Shown piece after piece: positions 25,960-37,937 of a stretch of 64,000 nt of DNA; the stretch's first letter is position 1, and every line of letters starts with the position of its first letter. Where the stretch lies: the NCBI GenBank assembly GCA_964523905.1, contig CAZFYQ010000004.1, positions 31,535 through 95,534 of the forward strand, in the 5' to 3' direction. The notes below the pieces were generated by a model. That model was not told the DNA's origin. It ran no database searches and saw only the letters and a program-made list of their open reading frames with translations. The translations under genes and the position numbers were made by a program. Origin of the DNA: an uncultured Gammaproteobacteria bacterium. Its GTDB lineage: Bacteria; Patescibacteriota; Microgenomatia; Daviesbacterales; UBA10151.

Positions 25960-27735
25960 TTACGTTTTAGTGCCCACTAGATACACGGCCTGCCAAGGTT
26001 TATATGCGGATCGGAAAGTTTCTTGGATTAAGGTTTGTCCGCCGCGAACAACTGTTCTATTAAAAGAAACATTGGCTCCCCAAGCTGAAAAATCAACTTG
26101 TTTAACCGTACCGACCAGAAGAGTAGGATCATCTTGACGCAGATCTGGAGGCGGAGGAGTCTGACCTGTTACTACAGGAGTTGATAAAGTGGCCACCCGG
26201 CCATCAGAGGTGCCGTATAAATCAACATATAAAGTTAACCCGTCAGTATAGGCCTGGATTAAAATATAATTTGCGGTGTCATTTTTAAATTTAAAGTCAA
26301 CTGATGGATAAAAGACTGTGGCATCAAGGCCGGGAGGGAAGCCTTGTTCATAATATCCCACCCGATAAGCATGAGCAGTGCGGGCTACAACTGGTAAACC
26401 GGCATTTAATACTGCTCTAAATAAGGTAGTTGAAACCTGACAAATTCCGCCGCCATCATCTAAAACTGTTCGTCCGGATTTAATCACATAAGCTTGTTTA
26501 AATCCGGTGGCGGCAGTAATATCTCCCACAGTTTGATCAAAAGAAAAGGTTTCTCCTGGTGGAACTAATACTCCGTTAATTTTTTCAGCGCCTAGATTAA
26601 CGTTATAAATTCTATTTTCAATAGAATGGGCAAAATTAGAAATTCCTTTACCAACTAACTCTTTAATTCCCAAAGAATTAACATCCGAAGTGGCGCTTTT
26701 GGCTTTTACAACAGCCACAGGTAGACTGATATTTTTTGAAGCCTGGTTGTTAACTGCATCAAGTAGTGCCTGATAGGTTTTATCCAGATCCAGTTTGCGG
26801 CCATCTTGGGATGGCTGGAAAGCTGACACTCGTTTAGTGGACTCATCAAATTTAAATAGTCCCTCATGAACATCCTGGTCAATTTCTAAAGCAACATTTT
26901 CAAGGTAAGAATAAGTTTGATTTTTATCAAGTAGCTCCTCACCTGGTTTATCAAGATTTAATAAAGTTAATAGTTGCTTGGCATCAATGGTCCAGGTTTT
27001 ATCCTCAAAGGATAATTTAATTGGGTTAGCCGTGGTTTGTTCCAAAGCGACTTTAGCTTTAGTTATTTTTTCAGTAGTCACAGCAGGTGGAACCTCCTTA
27101 ACTGGTAAAAGATCATTATATTTTCCAAACAGTAGATAATTTGTTATATTATTTTTTAAAGCTTGGCGATCCAGCATTAGCCCATTTTGGCCTTCTTTAA
27201 TTTGGATGCTGCTAGATGGGGTGGCAGTTTCATTAAATGATAGCAAAGCATTTTGCGGTGGTTGGTTGATAGCTAAATCAATACTTTCCAGTTGTTTATC
27301 AAGGGACAAAGTAATTTTGGGAGTAATTCGGTAGGTAGAAAAAAGCGCCCGCATCTCAAGTGTTAATTGGTTAAAAAAAGAGCCACCGCGGTTTTTCTTA
27401 AGGCCGCTGTCAAAAACCGTATAGTCCAAATTGGCAGAGGCGGTTGCCAGATCAATACTAAAAGTCCCTTGCTTAGAATTAAACTGTAGCTTACTCGTGG
27501 CTCTTTGATCAAATTTAGATTGAAAAGCCGAAATGGCCTGGCCCTGAGTTAAAAAAGAAATGTTAGTGTCCCCAATTAAAGTAACAGGATAATATTTATC
27601 AGCAATAACCACTTGATAAGTGATTAAAATTAGAATCAATAAAATTAAAGATAAAATAGCTGGCAAAAGATGGGGTAGGATTTTTTTAAACAAAAGCTTA
27701 GGGGTCACCTTTTTGGGCTTCTTAGTCTTTGGCAT
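25960..27735 (-). CDS. VanW family protein with peptidoglycan-binding domains
   Basis: N-terminal TM; PGETFSF, GGGICQVSTTLF, GLDATV, DFKFKNDT. Confidence 0.9.
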   Translation of the reverse strand: MPKTKKPKKVTPKLLFKKILPHLLPAILSLILLILILITYQVVIADKYYPVTLIGDTNISFLTQGQAISAFQSKFDQRATSKLQFNSKQGTFSIDLATASANLDYTVFDSGLKKNRGGSFFNQLTLEMRALFSTYRITPKITLSLDKQLESIDLAINQPPQNALLSFNETATPSSSIQIKEGQNGLMLDRQALKNNITNYLLFGKYNDLLPVKEVPPAVTTEKITKAKVALEQTTANPIKLSFEDKTWTIDAKQLLTLLNLDKPGEELLDKNQTYSYLENVALEIDQDVHEGLFKFDESTKRVSAFQPSQDGRKLDLDKTYQALLDAVNNQASKNISLPVAVVKAKSATSDVNSLGIKELVGKGISNFAHSIENRIYNVNLGAEKINGVLVPPGETFSFDQTVGDITAATGFKQAYVIKSGRTVLDDGGGICQVSTTLFRAVLNAGLPVVARTAHAYRVGYYEQGFPPGLDATVFYPSVDFKFKNDTANYILIQAYTDGLTLYVDLYGTSDGRVATLSTPVVTGQTPPPPDLRQDDPTLLVGTVKQVDFSAWGANVSFNRTVVRGGQTLIQETFRSAYKPWQAVYLVGTKT

Positions 27736-27773
27736 GGCCCTATTTTACCTAAAAACAGGATATAATAATACTT

Positions 27774-29093
27774 GTGAAAAAGATTGTTATTATTGTCTTA
27801 GTTGTCAGTATTATCCTGGGTGTGTTATTTTGGCTGTTTAGCTCCAAGATATCTTTATTTAACAAGTCTTCTAATCAGGGTCCGGTTACTCTAACTTATT
27901 GGGGACTGTGGGAGGACGATGCCTTAATTAGGCCTTTAATTGCCAAGTACAAACAAGAAAATCCCAGTGTCACGGTAAACTATGTCAGGCAATCGTCCAT
28001 TAACTACCGGACCAGAGTGCAAACTCAAATACGTAATGGTCAGGGCCCGGATGTTTTCCGTATTCATAATTCCTGGTTACCGATGTTTGCATCTGATGTT
28101 GCGCCGGCCCCTGCTGATATATTTACTCTACCTGATTATCAAAAATCATTTTATCCAGTAGCTGAGCAGTCTTTTGTAAAAAATGGTCAAATTCTGGGAG
28201 CGCCAATTGAAATTGATGGACTGGGCCTTTATATTAATGAAGATTTGTTAAATGGTGTGGGGGGAAAGATTCCCAAAAATTGGCAGGAGTTTATTGATAC
28301 TGCCACCAAAATGACAGTTAGAGATGCCACCGGTATTAAAACCGCCGGAGCTGCTATGGGAGCAACCGGTAATGTTGATAATTGGTCGGATATTGTTGGC
28401 CTGTTACTTTTGCAACAACCAGGAGTAGATTTAAATAATTTAGCCAGCGCACCGGTGGCAGAGGTGTTAAAGTTTTATACAGGGTTTGTGATTGATCCTC
28501 GCAGAAAAACTTGGGACAGCACCCTGCCACCTTCTACTCAAATGTTTGCTGCTGGAAGACTGGGTTTTTATCTGGCCCCTTCCTGGAGGGTTCAGGAAAT
28601 TAGAGCTGCCAATCCCAATTTAAAGTTTGAGGTCGTACCAGTGCCTCAATTATCTGGTAAGGCAGTTGCCTGGGCTTCTTTTTGGGGAGAGGCTGTTTCT
28701 AAAAATTCTAAAAATACGGAAGAGGCTTGGAAATTTATTAAGTTTTTAACTTCCCAAGAAGGACAAAAATTGGGTTACAGTGAGGCTGCAAAAGTGAGGT
28801 TATTTGGTGAGCCCTATTCTTTAACTAATTTGGCGCCGGAGTTAACTCAAGATCCAATTGTGGGGGCTTATGTTAATCAAGGACCAATTTATAAATTCTG
28901 GTATTTATCTTCTAACACTTTTGATGGTGACAGTGGTATTAATGATGGAGTAATCAAATATTTTGAAGATGGAATTAATGCTACCTTGCAAGGTCAGGAT
29001 CCAACATCTGTACTTAAAACAATAGATGCCGGGGTAAAGCAAGTAATTGGCAGATACACCAATCCGCAACCACCTGCTCCCACCGGAAAATAA
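27774..29093 (+). CDS. ABC sugar-type extracellular solute-binding protein
   Basis: N-terminal anchor, LTYWG, GPDVF, AWKFIKFL; no permease adjacent. Confidence 0.85.
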   Translation: MKKIVIIVLVVSIILGVLFWLFSSKISLFNKSSNQGPVTLTYWGLWEDDALIRPLIAKYKQENPSVTVNYVRQSSINYRTRVQTQIRNGQGPDVFRIHNSWLPMFASDVAPAPADIFTLPDYQKSFYPVAEQSFVKNGQILGAPIEIDGLGLYINEDLLNGVGGKIPKNWQEFIDTATKMTVRDATGIKTAGAAMGATGNVDNWSDIVGLLLLQQPGVDLNNLASAPVAEVLKFYTGFVIDPRRKTWDSTLPPSTQMFAAGRLGFYLAPSWRVQEIRAANPNLKFEVVPVPQLSGKAVAWASFWGEAVSKNSKNTEEAWKFIKFLTSQEGQKLGYSEAAKVRLFGEPYSLTNLAPELTQDPIVGAYVNQGPIYKFWYLSSNTFDGDSGINDGVIKYFEDGINATLQGQDPTSVLKTIDAGVKQVIGRYTNPQPPAPTGK

Positions 29094-29096
29094 TCG

Positions 29097-29849
29097 ATGA
29101 AATTTAAAGCAATAATCTTTGATTTAGATGGAACTGCTGTCCCCAGTTTTATGGAAGGAATGCCCTCTAAAGTACTAGTAGATACTATTTTAAAAGCCAA
29201 AGGAAAAATAAAATTTTCTACTGCTTCCGGTCGTTCGGCTAATCATTGCAAGGATATCTGGCGGGTTTTAGAAATTGAAGATCCCTGTATAGTCAGTGGT
29301 GGATCGCAAATTATTAATCCGGTTAATCAAGAAATTATCTGGCAACAGAATTTACCAGCAGGCCTAATACCTAAGATAGTAGAAATAGCATCGAGTTATA
29401 CGGAAAAATTTGGAGTTAATGGAGTATTTTTGAATTCCAAAAAAGACCAAGATAAATTTCCTGATACAGCAACTATTGTTGTGGCCCTGGGGGTAAATAA
29501 AGATCAGTCCCAAGAGTTAGTGGATAAATTATTAAAGCTCAATGATATAGCAGTCCATATATTAGTTTCCTGGATTAATGATTCTACTTGGGATATTCAT
29601 GTTACCCATCAATTAGCGACTAAAAAACATGCCATCGAAAAACTAATAGAAATATTAAAAGTAAAAAAAGAAGAAGTGATTGGAATTGGGGATGGTAATA
29701 ATGACTTACCACTTTTTGAATCAGTTGGCTATAAAGTGGCGATGGGGAATGCCGTTGATATTTTAAAGCAGTCGGCCGACTATATTACTGATACTTTGGA
29801 AAACGATGGTATGGCCAAGTTTATTGAAGAGAAAATTCTGGAAGAATAA
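29097..29849 (+). CDS. Cof-type HAD-IIB hydrolase
   Basis: FDLDGT, ASGR, IGDGNNDLP, VAMGNA. Confidence 0.9.
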   Translation: MKFKAIIFDLDGTAVPSFMEGMPSKVLVDTILKAKGKIKFSTASGRSANHCKDIWRVLEIEDPCIVSGGSQIINPVNQEIIWQQNLPAGLIPKIVEIASSYTEKFGVNGVFLNSKKDQDKFPDTATIVVALGVNKDQSQELVDKLLKLNDIAVHILVSWINDSTWDIHVTHQLATKKHAIEKLIEILKVKKEEVIGIGDGNNDLPLFESVGYKVAMGNAVDILKQSADYITDTLENDGMAKFIEEKILEE

Positions 29850-29865
29850 TTGTGTATTATCTAAC

Positions 29866-29905
29866 GTATTACAGTATTGACAAAGTAATACTTATGTGAT
29901 ATAGT
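29866..29905 (+). promoter_or_regulatory. toxin-antitoxin promoter with overlapping inverted-repeat operator
   Basis: GTATTAC-12-GTAATAC around TTGACA (29877); TATAGT 17 nt later. Confidence 0.65.
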
Positions 29906-29911
29906 AAGAGT

Positions 29912-30166
29912 ATGCAATTTACTACTTCCGTAACTCAAAAAGGACAGGCTACAATCCCTGCTCTGATTCGTAAGAGACTGGGTATTACCCCAAATACTAA
30001 AATCGTGTTTGAACTTAAGGATAATAATGAGGCTTCAATTAAACCAGTAGTGGACTTTCTTTCCTTAAAAGGTTCTATCAGAACAAATAAGCCCTTTGAT
30101 TTAAATGGTATGGAAAAAGCAATACAAGATGAAATTATTAACAAGTATGTCGAAAAACCTGCTTGA
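29912..30166 (+). CDS. AbrB/MazE-type antitoxin (VapB)
   Basis: SVTQKGQATIPALIRKRLGI. Confidence 0.88.
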   Translation: MQFTTSVTQKGQATIPALIRKRLGITPNTKIVFELKDNNEASIKPVVDFLSLKGSIRTNKPFDLNGMEKAIQDEIINKYVEKPA

Positions 30167-30539
30167 TACAAACTTAATTATCCGCTTTTTGGTTAATGAT
30201 AATCCTAAAAAGGTTAACAGGGTAGAAAAATTATTAGCCGATACAAATAATACTAATATTCTGCTAGATACGGTGGTGGCTGAGATAATTTGGGTTCTAA
30301 GCTCTTATTACTCATTAAATAAAGCTGAAGTTATTGAAAAAATTGGAGCTTTAATACATTTAGATTCAATAGATTGTAACGCAGTTCTAATAAACAAAGC
30401 GCTATCTGTATGGGAAGAAAACAATATTTCTTATATAGATTCATACCTTGTTGCAGTGGCAAAATTGGGTAATATCCCGCTGTTTTCTTATGATGACAAA
30501 CTAAAATCTATTGATCAGGTTATTGTCAAAGAACCCTAA
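30147..30539 (+). CDS. PIN-domain toxin (VapC)
   Basis: LLDTNLIIRFL, VAE, SYIDS, SYD; start at MSKNLLDTN overlapping the antitoxin. Confidence 0.88.
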   Translation: MSKNLLDTNLIIRFLVNDNPKKVNRVEKLLADTNNTNILLDTVVAEIIWVLSSYYSLNKAEVIEKIGALIHLDSIDCNAVLINKALSVWEENNISYIDSYLVAVAKLGNIPLFSYDDKLKSIDQVIVKEP

Positions 30540-30605
30540 CGTTACTTTTGATACAAATTTTACTTAATTGACTTAAGTTTTCTTTTATTGTATAAACTCT
30601 TTTCG

Positions 30606-31022
30606 ATGTTACTAGAAAATATTACCTACAGACATACTTATAGAGCAGGGAGAATTGACTCCGGACAATTACATTGGGGATATGAGTTACTTGCTCAACA
30701 CCTAAGAGGTGTTAATGATGATCAAAGTTTCCGATTGAAAATTGGGAAGTACCCTGATAATGAGAGATATGGGAGGTTTAATAGGGCTCTAGTAGTGGCT
30801 GTCTCCACTGCACCAGGGAGGCTAGCTATTCATCTGGTTGATCCAGAAAAGGAAGGTATGTCTGCAGAAGAGCACAGTCGATTTTTTCGTGAATTACCTT
30901 TACCGGGTAGTTTTCAACCCACAGAACTAGTATCAGTGGGAAGACGATATTTAGGTCAGTTACAACAAAGTTTACCAGCTGATGCTTTTGATAGCTTACT
31001 GGGATTGGCTAAGGGGCGGTAA
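30606..31022 (+). CDS. orphan hypothetical protein
   Basis: ORF preceded by TTGACT-17-TATAAA; ATG 30606 preferred over TTG 30588. Confidence 0.55.
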   Translation: MLLENITYRHTYRAGRIDSGQLHWGYELLAQHLRGVNDDQSFRLKIGKYPDNERYGRFNRALVVAVSTAPGRLAIHLVDPEKEGMSAEEHSRFFRELPLPGSFQPTELVSVGRRYLGQLQQSLPADAFDSLLGLAKGR

Positions 31023-31934
31023 ATTAATCAACTGGACCTCGGGTTCTAAGTCTATTCCGAATTTTTCTTTTACTTTTTCTTTATATTTTTTTGCCAAGTC
31101 ATAAAAATCTTTGGCATTTCCGTTTCCCTTATTGATAAATAAATTAGCATGGTAATCGGCAATTTCAATATCACCTTGACTGTCTCCTTTGGCACCGACG
31201 ATTTCCAGCAAAGATCCGGCCGGCACTTTCCCATAAACAATTAAATCTGGAGGAATATTTTTTAAATCCTCTTCAGATAATTTTTCCGCCACTAAGTTTT
31301 TGAAAAAAGAGCCGGGACATTTAATTCCGGCGGGATATTTAACTAATCTTTTTTCTAAAGTTTCATCAGCTTCTTTTCTTAACTTTTTAGTGTCACCATC
31401 ATCGAATTTAAATACTAATTCTAAAATCACAAAACCATTTCTTTTAAAAATACTGTCTCGGTAATTAAATTCACAATCTTCTTTCTGCAAGCTAATAGTA
31501 TCCTTACCATCAAAGCAGATGGCTTCTCTCAAATGATCTGAGATGGTTTGTCCATAAGCTCCGGCATTGCCAAACACTGCCCCGCCAACAGTTCCGGGAA
31601 TTCCGGTTAATTTTTGTAAGCCTGACAGATTTTGGGCAATGGAAAAATCAACAACATGTTGCAAAGGTGTGCCGCTTTGAACTTTTAAAAACCGCACTTC
31701 TTTTTCAATTCCTTCTATTTCATTTTTAATTACCAATTTTTCAACACCGCTATCCGAGATTAATAAATTAGATCCTCCGCCCACCACCATATATGGTTGC
31801 TGATTAGTGTTAGCCCAGGTAATGGCTTCAATTAGTTGTTCAGTTGATGTAACAGTCACAAATTGTTTGGCCGGACCACCAATTTTTAAAGTGGTAATTT
31901 TTGATAATGGAAAATTGTCCTTGATGTCTAACAT
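30996..31934 (-). CDS. murB: UDP-N-acetylenolpyruvoylglucosamine reductase
   Basis: IGGPA, GGGSN, GIPGTVGGAVFGNAGAYG, GSFFKN, HAN, LEPEV. Confidence 0.96.
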   Translation of the reverse strand: MLDIKDNFPLSKITTLKIGGPAKQFVTVTSTEQLIEAITWANTNQQPYMVVGGGSNLLISDSGVEKLVIKNEIEGIEKEVRFLKVQSGTPLQHVVDFSIAQNLSGLQKLTGIPGTVGGAVFGNAGAYGQTISDHLREAICFDGKDTISLQKEDCEFNYRDSIFKRNGFVILELVFKFDDGDTKKLRKEADETLEKRLVKYPAGIKCPGSFFKNLVAEKLSEEDLKNIPPDLIVYGKVPAGSLLEIVGAKGDSQGDIEIADYHANLFINKGNGNAKDFYDLAKKYKEKVKEKFGIDLEPEVQLINLPPLSQSQ

Positions 31935-31964
31935 ATTAGGATTATACTATGTTAAATTACAATC

Positions 31965-32834
31965 GTGGAGAATGCTATTTTAAAAACTATTATTTATGCG
32001 GATATTTTTGACTACCCTTTAACTTTATTTGAAATCCATAAATGGCTAATTAAAAAAAAGCTAAACTTAAGACAAGTAGAATCTACTTTAGCTAAATTAG
32101 TGAAAAGTGAAAAATTAAAACTGCACAAAGGATTTTACTTTCTTCCAAGAAGAGAAAAACTGGTTGCTATTAGAAAGAGAAGAGCGTTGCAATCTAGAAA
32201 GTACTTTCAAAAAGTAAAAATCGTTGCTTATCTTCTAAAACTAAACCCTTGGATTAAATTAGTGGGAATATCTGGTGGACTTGCCATGGAAAACGCTGAA
32301 AAAACCGATGACATTGATTTGTTCTTGATAACTGCCAAGAATCGCTTATGGTTAAGCCGGATACTAACTTTGGTGCTACTTTCTTTTACCGGACAAAGAA
32401 GGTCAGTTAATGATTCTAAAAAAAATGCCGCCGGAAAGCTTTGCCCGAATATTTTTATTGAGGAAGATCAGTTATCGCAGGCAAGCAAAGATCTTTATTT
32501 AGCTCACGAAGTTTTACAAATGCATTTACTTTGGCAACGGGATAATATTTATGGAAAATATCTGGAAGATAATGAATGGGCTTTTGAATTTTTACCAAAC
32601 TGGGTTGGTCCCTCTGCGTCACTTAGAGGAGCAAAGCGACGAAGCAATCTAACCAGCAAAGAGATTGCCGCGCCCTCCGGGCTCGCAATGACGACGGAGC
32701 ACTTTGCTAAATGGTTGCAGCTAAAATTAATGAGTAAACCAAAAGGTCTGGAGCGGATTTCTGATAGTGCAGTTTATTTTCACCCGGATGATTACAGGAT
32801 GAAAGTTTTATCGGAGTATAGAAAAAAGAGTTAA
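31965..32834 (+). CDS. HTH + nucleotidyltransferase-like hypothetical protein
   Basis: YADIFDYPLT N-terminus; SGGLAM..DDIDLF polymerase-beta-like motif. Confidence 0.65.
   Translation: MENAILKTIIYADIFDYPLTLFEIHKWLIKKKLNLRQVESTLAKLVKSEKLKLHKGFYFLPRREKLVAIRKRRALQSRKYFQKVKIVAYLLKLNPWIKLVGISGGLAMENAEKTDDIDLFLITAKNRLWLSRILTLVLLSFTGQRRSVNDSKKNAAGKLCPNIFIEEDQLSQASKDLYLAHEVLQMHLLWQRDNIYGKYLEDNEWAFEFLPNWVGPSASLRGAKRRSNLTSKEIAAPSGLAMTTEHFAKWLQLKLMSKPKGLERISDSAVYFHPDDYRMKVLSEYRKKS
32100..32120 (+). repeat. short heptamer array in coding sequence
   Basis: gtgaaaa gtgaaaa attaaaa; encodes VKSEKLK. Confidence 0.45.
32617..32693. repeat. bipartite REP/RPE-like palindromic element in-frame in CDS
   Basis: CGTCACTTAGAG..GCAATCT-spacer-AGATTGC..CTCGCAATGACG; GC-rich; encodes SLRGAKRRSNLTSKEIAAPSGLAMT. 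Confidence 0.8.
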
Positions 32835-32892
32835 CAGTCCTTGACAATGTTTGCTAATTTTGCTATAAATGCATTCACTTCTGCCTCAGGTT

Positions 32893-34852
<1,960 letters not shown>

Positions 34853-34883
34853 TCTCATTCCCAAATCTGTTACAATCTAGTTA

Positions 34884-35477
34884 ATGGCCAAGCAGCATTA
34901 CAAGGATTCGCCTTCGCAAAAGCAAAGAGATACTTTTAAAAAATATTTATCCGAAGATGAAGAGCTGGTATTAGTTACCTCATACAGCAGCGCTTATTTA
35001 AGATCGAAGTTTATTATTTATCTGCTTTTTCCGGGAATGATTTTTTTAGCCCTTGGGATTGGGTTAGGATGGGTCTTGGGACTGGGTAGAATCTGGGCCT
35101 TGGTGTTTGGACTTCTGGGAATGTTGTTATTTGCGGTATTTAAAACCATTCATTTATTTCATGCCCATCGTTACCTATTAACCACCAGAAGAGTAGTGAT
35201 TAAAAAAGGACTGTTGTCTGTTAAATTAACCGCGGCTTTATACGATAAAATCACCCACTTAGAAGTGGATCAGGGAATGTTTGATAGGTTACTGTTACAT
35301 CACGGCACGGTTTTTATAAACACAGCGGGCATGAATAAAGGAGAAATTGCATTAAGGTTTGTTGATTATCCAATGGAACTTAAAAATCTATTGGAAAGAT
35401 TAATTAATCGGGAAAGGGAACAATACGGCCTGCGAGGAGCAACTTTGACTGAAGTTGAAGGAGAGATTATCGATTAA
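34884..35477 (+). CDS. bacterial PH-domain membrane protein
   Basis: two TM then YLLTTRRVVIKKG...GTVFINTAG. Confidence 0.75.
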   Translation: MAKQHYKDSPSQKQRDTFKKYLSEDEELVLVTSYSSAYLRSKFIIYLLFPGMIFLALGIGLGWVLGLGRIWALVFGLLGMLLFAVFKTIHLFHAHRYLLTTRRVVIKKGLLSVKLTAALYDKITHLEVDQGMFDRLLLHHGTVFINTAGMNKGEIALRFVDYPMELKNLLERLINREREQYGLRGATLTEVEGEIID

Positions 35478-36051
35478 GTGTTGCTGATGAAGTGGCAATA
35501 CCAGTTGCAGCGGGCATATCAGGCAGGGGTGGTAACAGTTTCTGTGGGTCAGTAAATTCTCCGTTGTGGGTAATTTCCAAATGAGTATGGGGACCTGAGG
35601 TATGTCCGGTTAATCCTACCTCTCCTAAAACACTGTCACTAGTAACTTTATCACCGACTTTAACTAAGATTTTGCCCAAATGGGCATATTTTGATTTAAA
35701 TCCATTTTCGTGGCTGACAACTACATAATCTCCTAAACCAAAGATATCAAAGCCTGCCTCAGAAACTTGCCCATCAGTAATTGGATGAACCGGGGTGCCA
35801 AGGTCTGCTGCAATATCAATTCCGGGATGGAAAAATGAAAATCTGGTGGATAAATAACCTTGGAAAGGTAAAGTTAGCGGTTTGGAGAAAGAAGCGGAAA
35901 CTACCTCGCCTTTCTCTTCTAAAGTCTGGGCATGCACTGTAGCCTGTTTAACAGGTGGGAAAGACAAACTGGGGTAGTAACCCAGAAATTGAAAAAATAT
36001 TAAAGAAATAATCGCTAACCGATAAATCCTTTTTGGTAGATTATTTTTCAA
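35467..36051 (-). CDS. M23 family metallopeptidase
   Basis: HPGID, YAHL, GLTGHTSGPHTHLE. Confidence 0.92.
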   Translation of the reverse strand: MKNNLPKRIYRLAIISLIFFQFLGYYPSLSFPPVKQATVHAQTLEEKGEVVSASFSKPLTLPFQGYLSTRFSFFHPGIDIAADLGTPVHPITDGQVSEAGFDIFGLGDYVVVSHENGFKSKYAHLGKILVKVGDKVTSDSVLGEVGLTGHTSGPHTHLEITHNGEFTDPQKLLPPLPDMPAATGIATSSATLNR

Positions 36052-36203
36052 AATGAATCTTTAATCAAAACAAATCCCAACCTTTTAGGATTGGGAAGAG
36101 AAAGAATTCTATCAAATTCACCTTCAAAAGTAAAGTCCAGCAAGCTGAACTTTGCCTTTTTGCTGCGCAAAAACTTCAAAGCAATTTAGGATATAATTAG
36201 AAA

Positions 36204-37016
36204 ATGAGGAAGATTATTTTGTGGCTTTTGGTGTTAATAAGTCTGGCAGCAATTGTTTTACGTTACAGTAATGAAATTGCCGAAACTGTTTTAGGAATCA
36301 AACAAAAAGGTGGTATTTCTATTTTATCTAATCCTTCAGATGCCGAGGTTTCTTTAGATGGTAAACAGGTTGGCCAAACCACTTATGAAAATAAAAGTTT
36401 AGATACCAGGGAGTATTTGGTAAAGATCGATAAAGACGGTGCTTCTTGGCAGGGAAGAGTCACCATAGAACCGGGAACTGTGACTGTGATTAATCGGGAC
36501 CTGGCCCCATCCGAGGCTTCCTCAGCCGGAGAAGTGCTAAGTTTAACAAAAGGCAGGGGAATGACTATCATTTCTAATCCCTCAGATGCTGATGTAGAAA
36601 TTGATGGAAAATCCTATGGTAAAACCCCTTTATCAATTAATATAAATAGCGGAGATCATACCATCAATCTTTCCCATACCAATTATTTAAACCGCAGTAT
36701 CAGAGCTAATTTACCGGCTAATTTAAATTTAACTGTCTCAGTTGATTTAGGATTATCTGAGCCGGATTTAACCTCTGTTTCAACTCCGGTTATTACGCAA
36801 ACTCAGCAAGTTAAAGTGCTATCAACTCCCACTAGTTTTTTAAGAGTGCGGGATAAAGCTTCGCTAACTGGTAAAGAAATTGGGCGGGTCAATACTGGAG
36901 ATCTGTTAGTGCTTCTGGAACAACAAGACGCTTGGGACCGCATTAAAATGTCTGATGGCACTGAGGGGTTTGTTTCTGCATCCTATGTCCAAAAAGTCAC
37001 TACCTCAAGCCCCTAG
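36204..37016 (+). CDS. PEGA-domain x2 + SH3 surface protein
   Basis: two SNPSDA.V.DGK..G.T repeats; LRVR...W..I...GFVSASYV. Confidence 0.85.
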   Translation: MRKIILWLLVLISLAAIVLRYSNEIAETVLGIKQKGGISILSNPSDAEVSLDGKQVGQTTYENKSLDTREYLVKIDKDGASWQGRVTIEPGTVTVINRDLAPSEASSAGEVLSLTKGRGMTIISNPSDADVEIDGKSYGKTPLSININSGDHTINLSHTNYLNRSIRANLPANLNLTVSVDLGLSEPDLTSVSTPVITQTQQVKVLSTPTSFLRVRDKASLTGKEIGRVNTGDLLVLLEQQDAWDRIKMSDGTEGFVSASYVQKVTTSSP

Positions 37017-37937
37017 GTAATATATGATACCGATAGTCAGGACGGTCCAGACAATAGTGGCGGCAAACAGCGGACGATCTGACAGTAACACCCGCTCTGG
37101 TGACTCGCCCTCTTTTTTCTCATACATAATATAGAGATATCTCATCACCGCATAGATGACGACCGGAATAGTGGCCATTAAGTATTTGGCCTCGGTAAAG
37201 GGAAGGGCAATATGTCCAAAAATAAAAGCTAAGGAATTACGAGCCTCAATAGGAGGTTGTAAAAAAGTAAAGAAAGCATAAGAAAGCCAGGCGGATGTGG
37301 CAAACATGGCGGTTAAACTATCCAGTAAACTTTCCGGATAATGCAGTAAAGTTTCCCGGTGCTGAGAAGCAGTGGCCTCCATTAGGGTCCTTTCTGATCT
37401 TCTTTTACCAACAGCCAGGAAAAGGGCAAATGATGAAACTGACAGTAAAAACCACACATTTAAGTGAGCATTAATCACCCAAACACCCCCGTAAACCCGC
37501 AGCACAAATCCCGCGGCAATCACCATTACATCAAGTAAAATTACTCTTTTTAAATATGCAGAATAAAAAACCTGCATGATTAAATAGGTTAAACAAGCAA
37601 AGAAAAATGCCGGAGCTAAGTTATACGCTACTGGTAGAAAAATTACCACACCAGCCAGGGCTAAGAAAATGGCGACCGGTGCCGGTATTAAGCCGGAGGC
37701 AATAGGACGTTTCTTTTTAAAAGGGTGGAGTTTATCCCTTTCAATATCAAAAACATCATTTAATAAATAAGTACTGGAAGAAAAAATACAAAATAGGGTA
37801 AATGCTTCTAATGCCTTAATTTGGGAAGAACGATCCAATAAATTTCCAGAAAAAATAAGCGCTGCAAAAACTGCAAAGTTTTTTATCCACTGTCTTGGTC
37901 GGGATGATTTAAGAATTGCCCAAAGAAATTTAACCAT
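37005..37937 (-). CDS. UbiA-family decaprenyl-phosphate phosphoribosyltransferase
   Basis: RPRQWIKN, YLLNDVFDIERDKLHPFKKKRPIASG, GKRRSE. Confidence 0.88.
   Translation of the reverse strand: MVKFLWAILKSSRPRQWIKNFAVFAALIFSGNLLDRSSQIKALEAFTLFCIFSSSTYLLNDVFDIERDKLHPFKKKRPIASGLIPAPVAIFLALAGVVIFLPVAYNLAPAFFFACLTYLIMQVFYSAYLKRVILLDVMVIAAGFVLRVYGGVWVINAHLNVWFLLSVSSFALFLAVGKRRSERTLMEATASQHRETLLHYPESLLDSLTAMFATSAWLSYAFFTFLQPPIEARNSLAFIFGHIALPFTEAKYLMATIPVVIYAVMRYLYIMYEKKEGESPERVLLSDRPLFAATIVWTVLTIGIIYYLGA

Noticed and set aside
32835-32892. CIRCE heat-shock operator before groES
   Set aside because: No TTAGCACTC-N9-GAGTGCTAA; only a sigma70-type promoter
36052-36203. c-di-AMP riboswitch upstream of the M23 peptidase
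   Set aside because: Only two simple hairpins; ydaO consensus motifs absent
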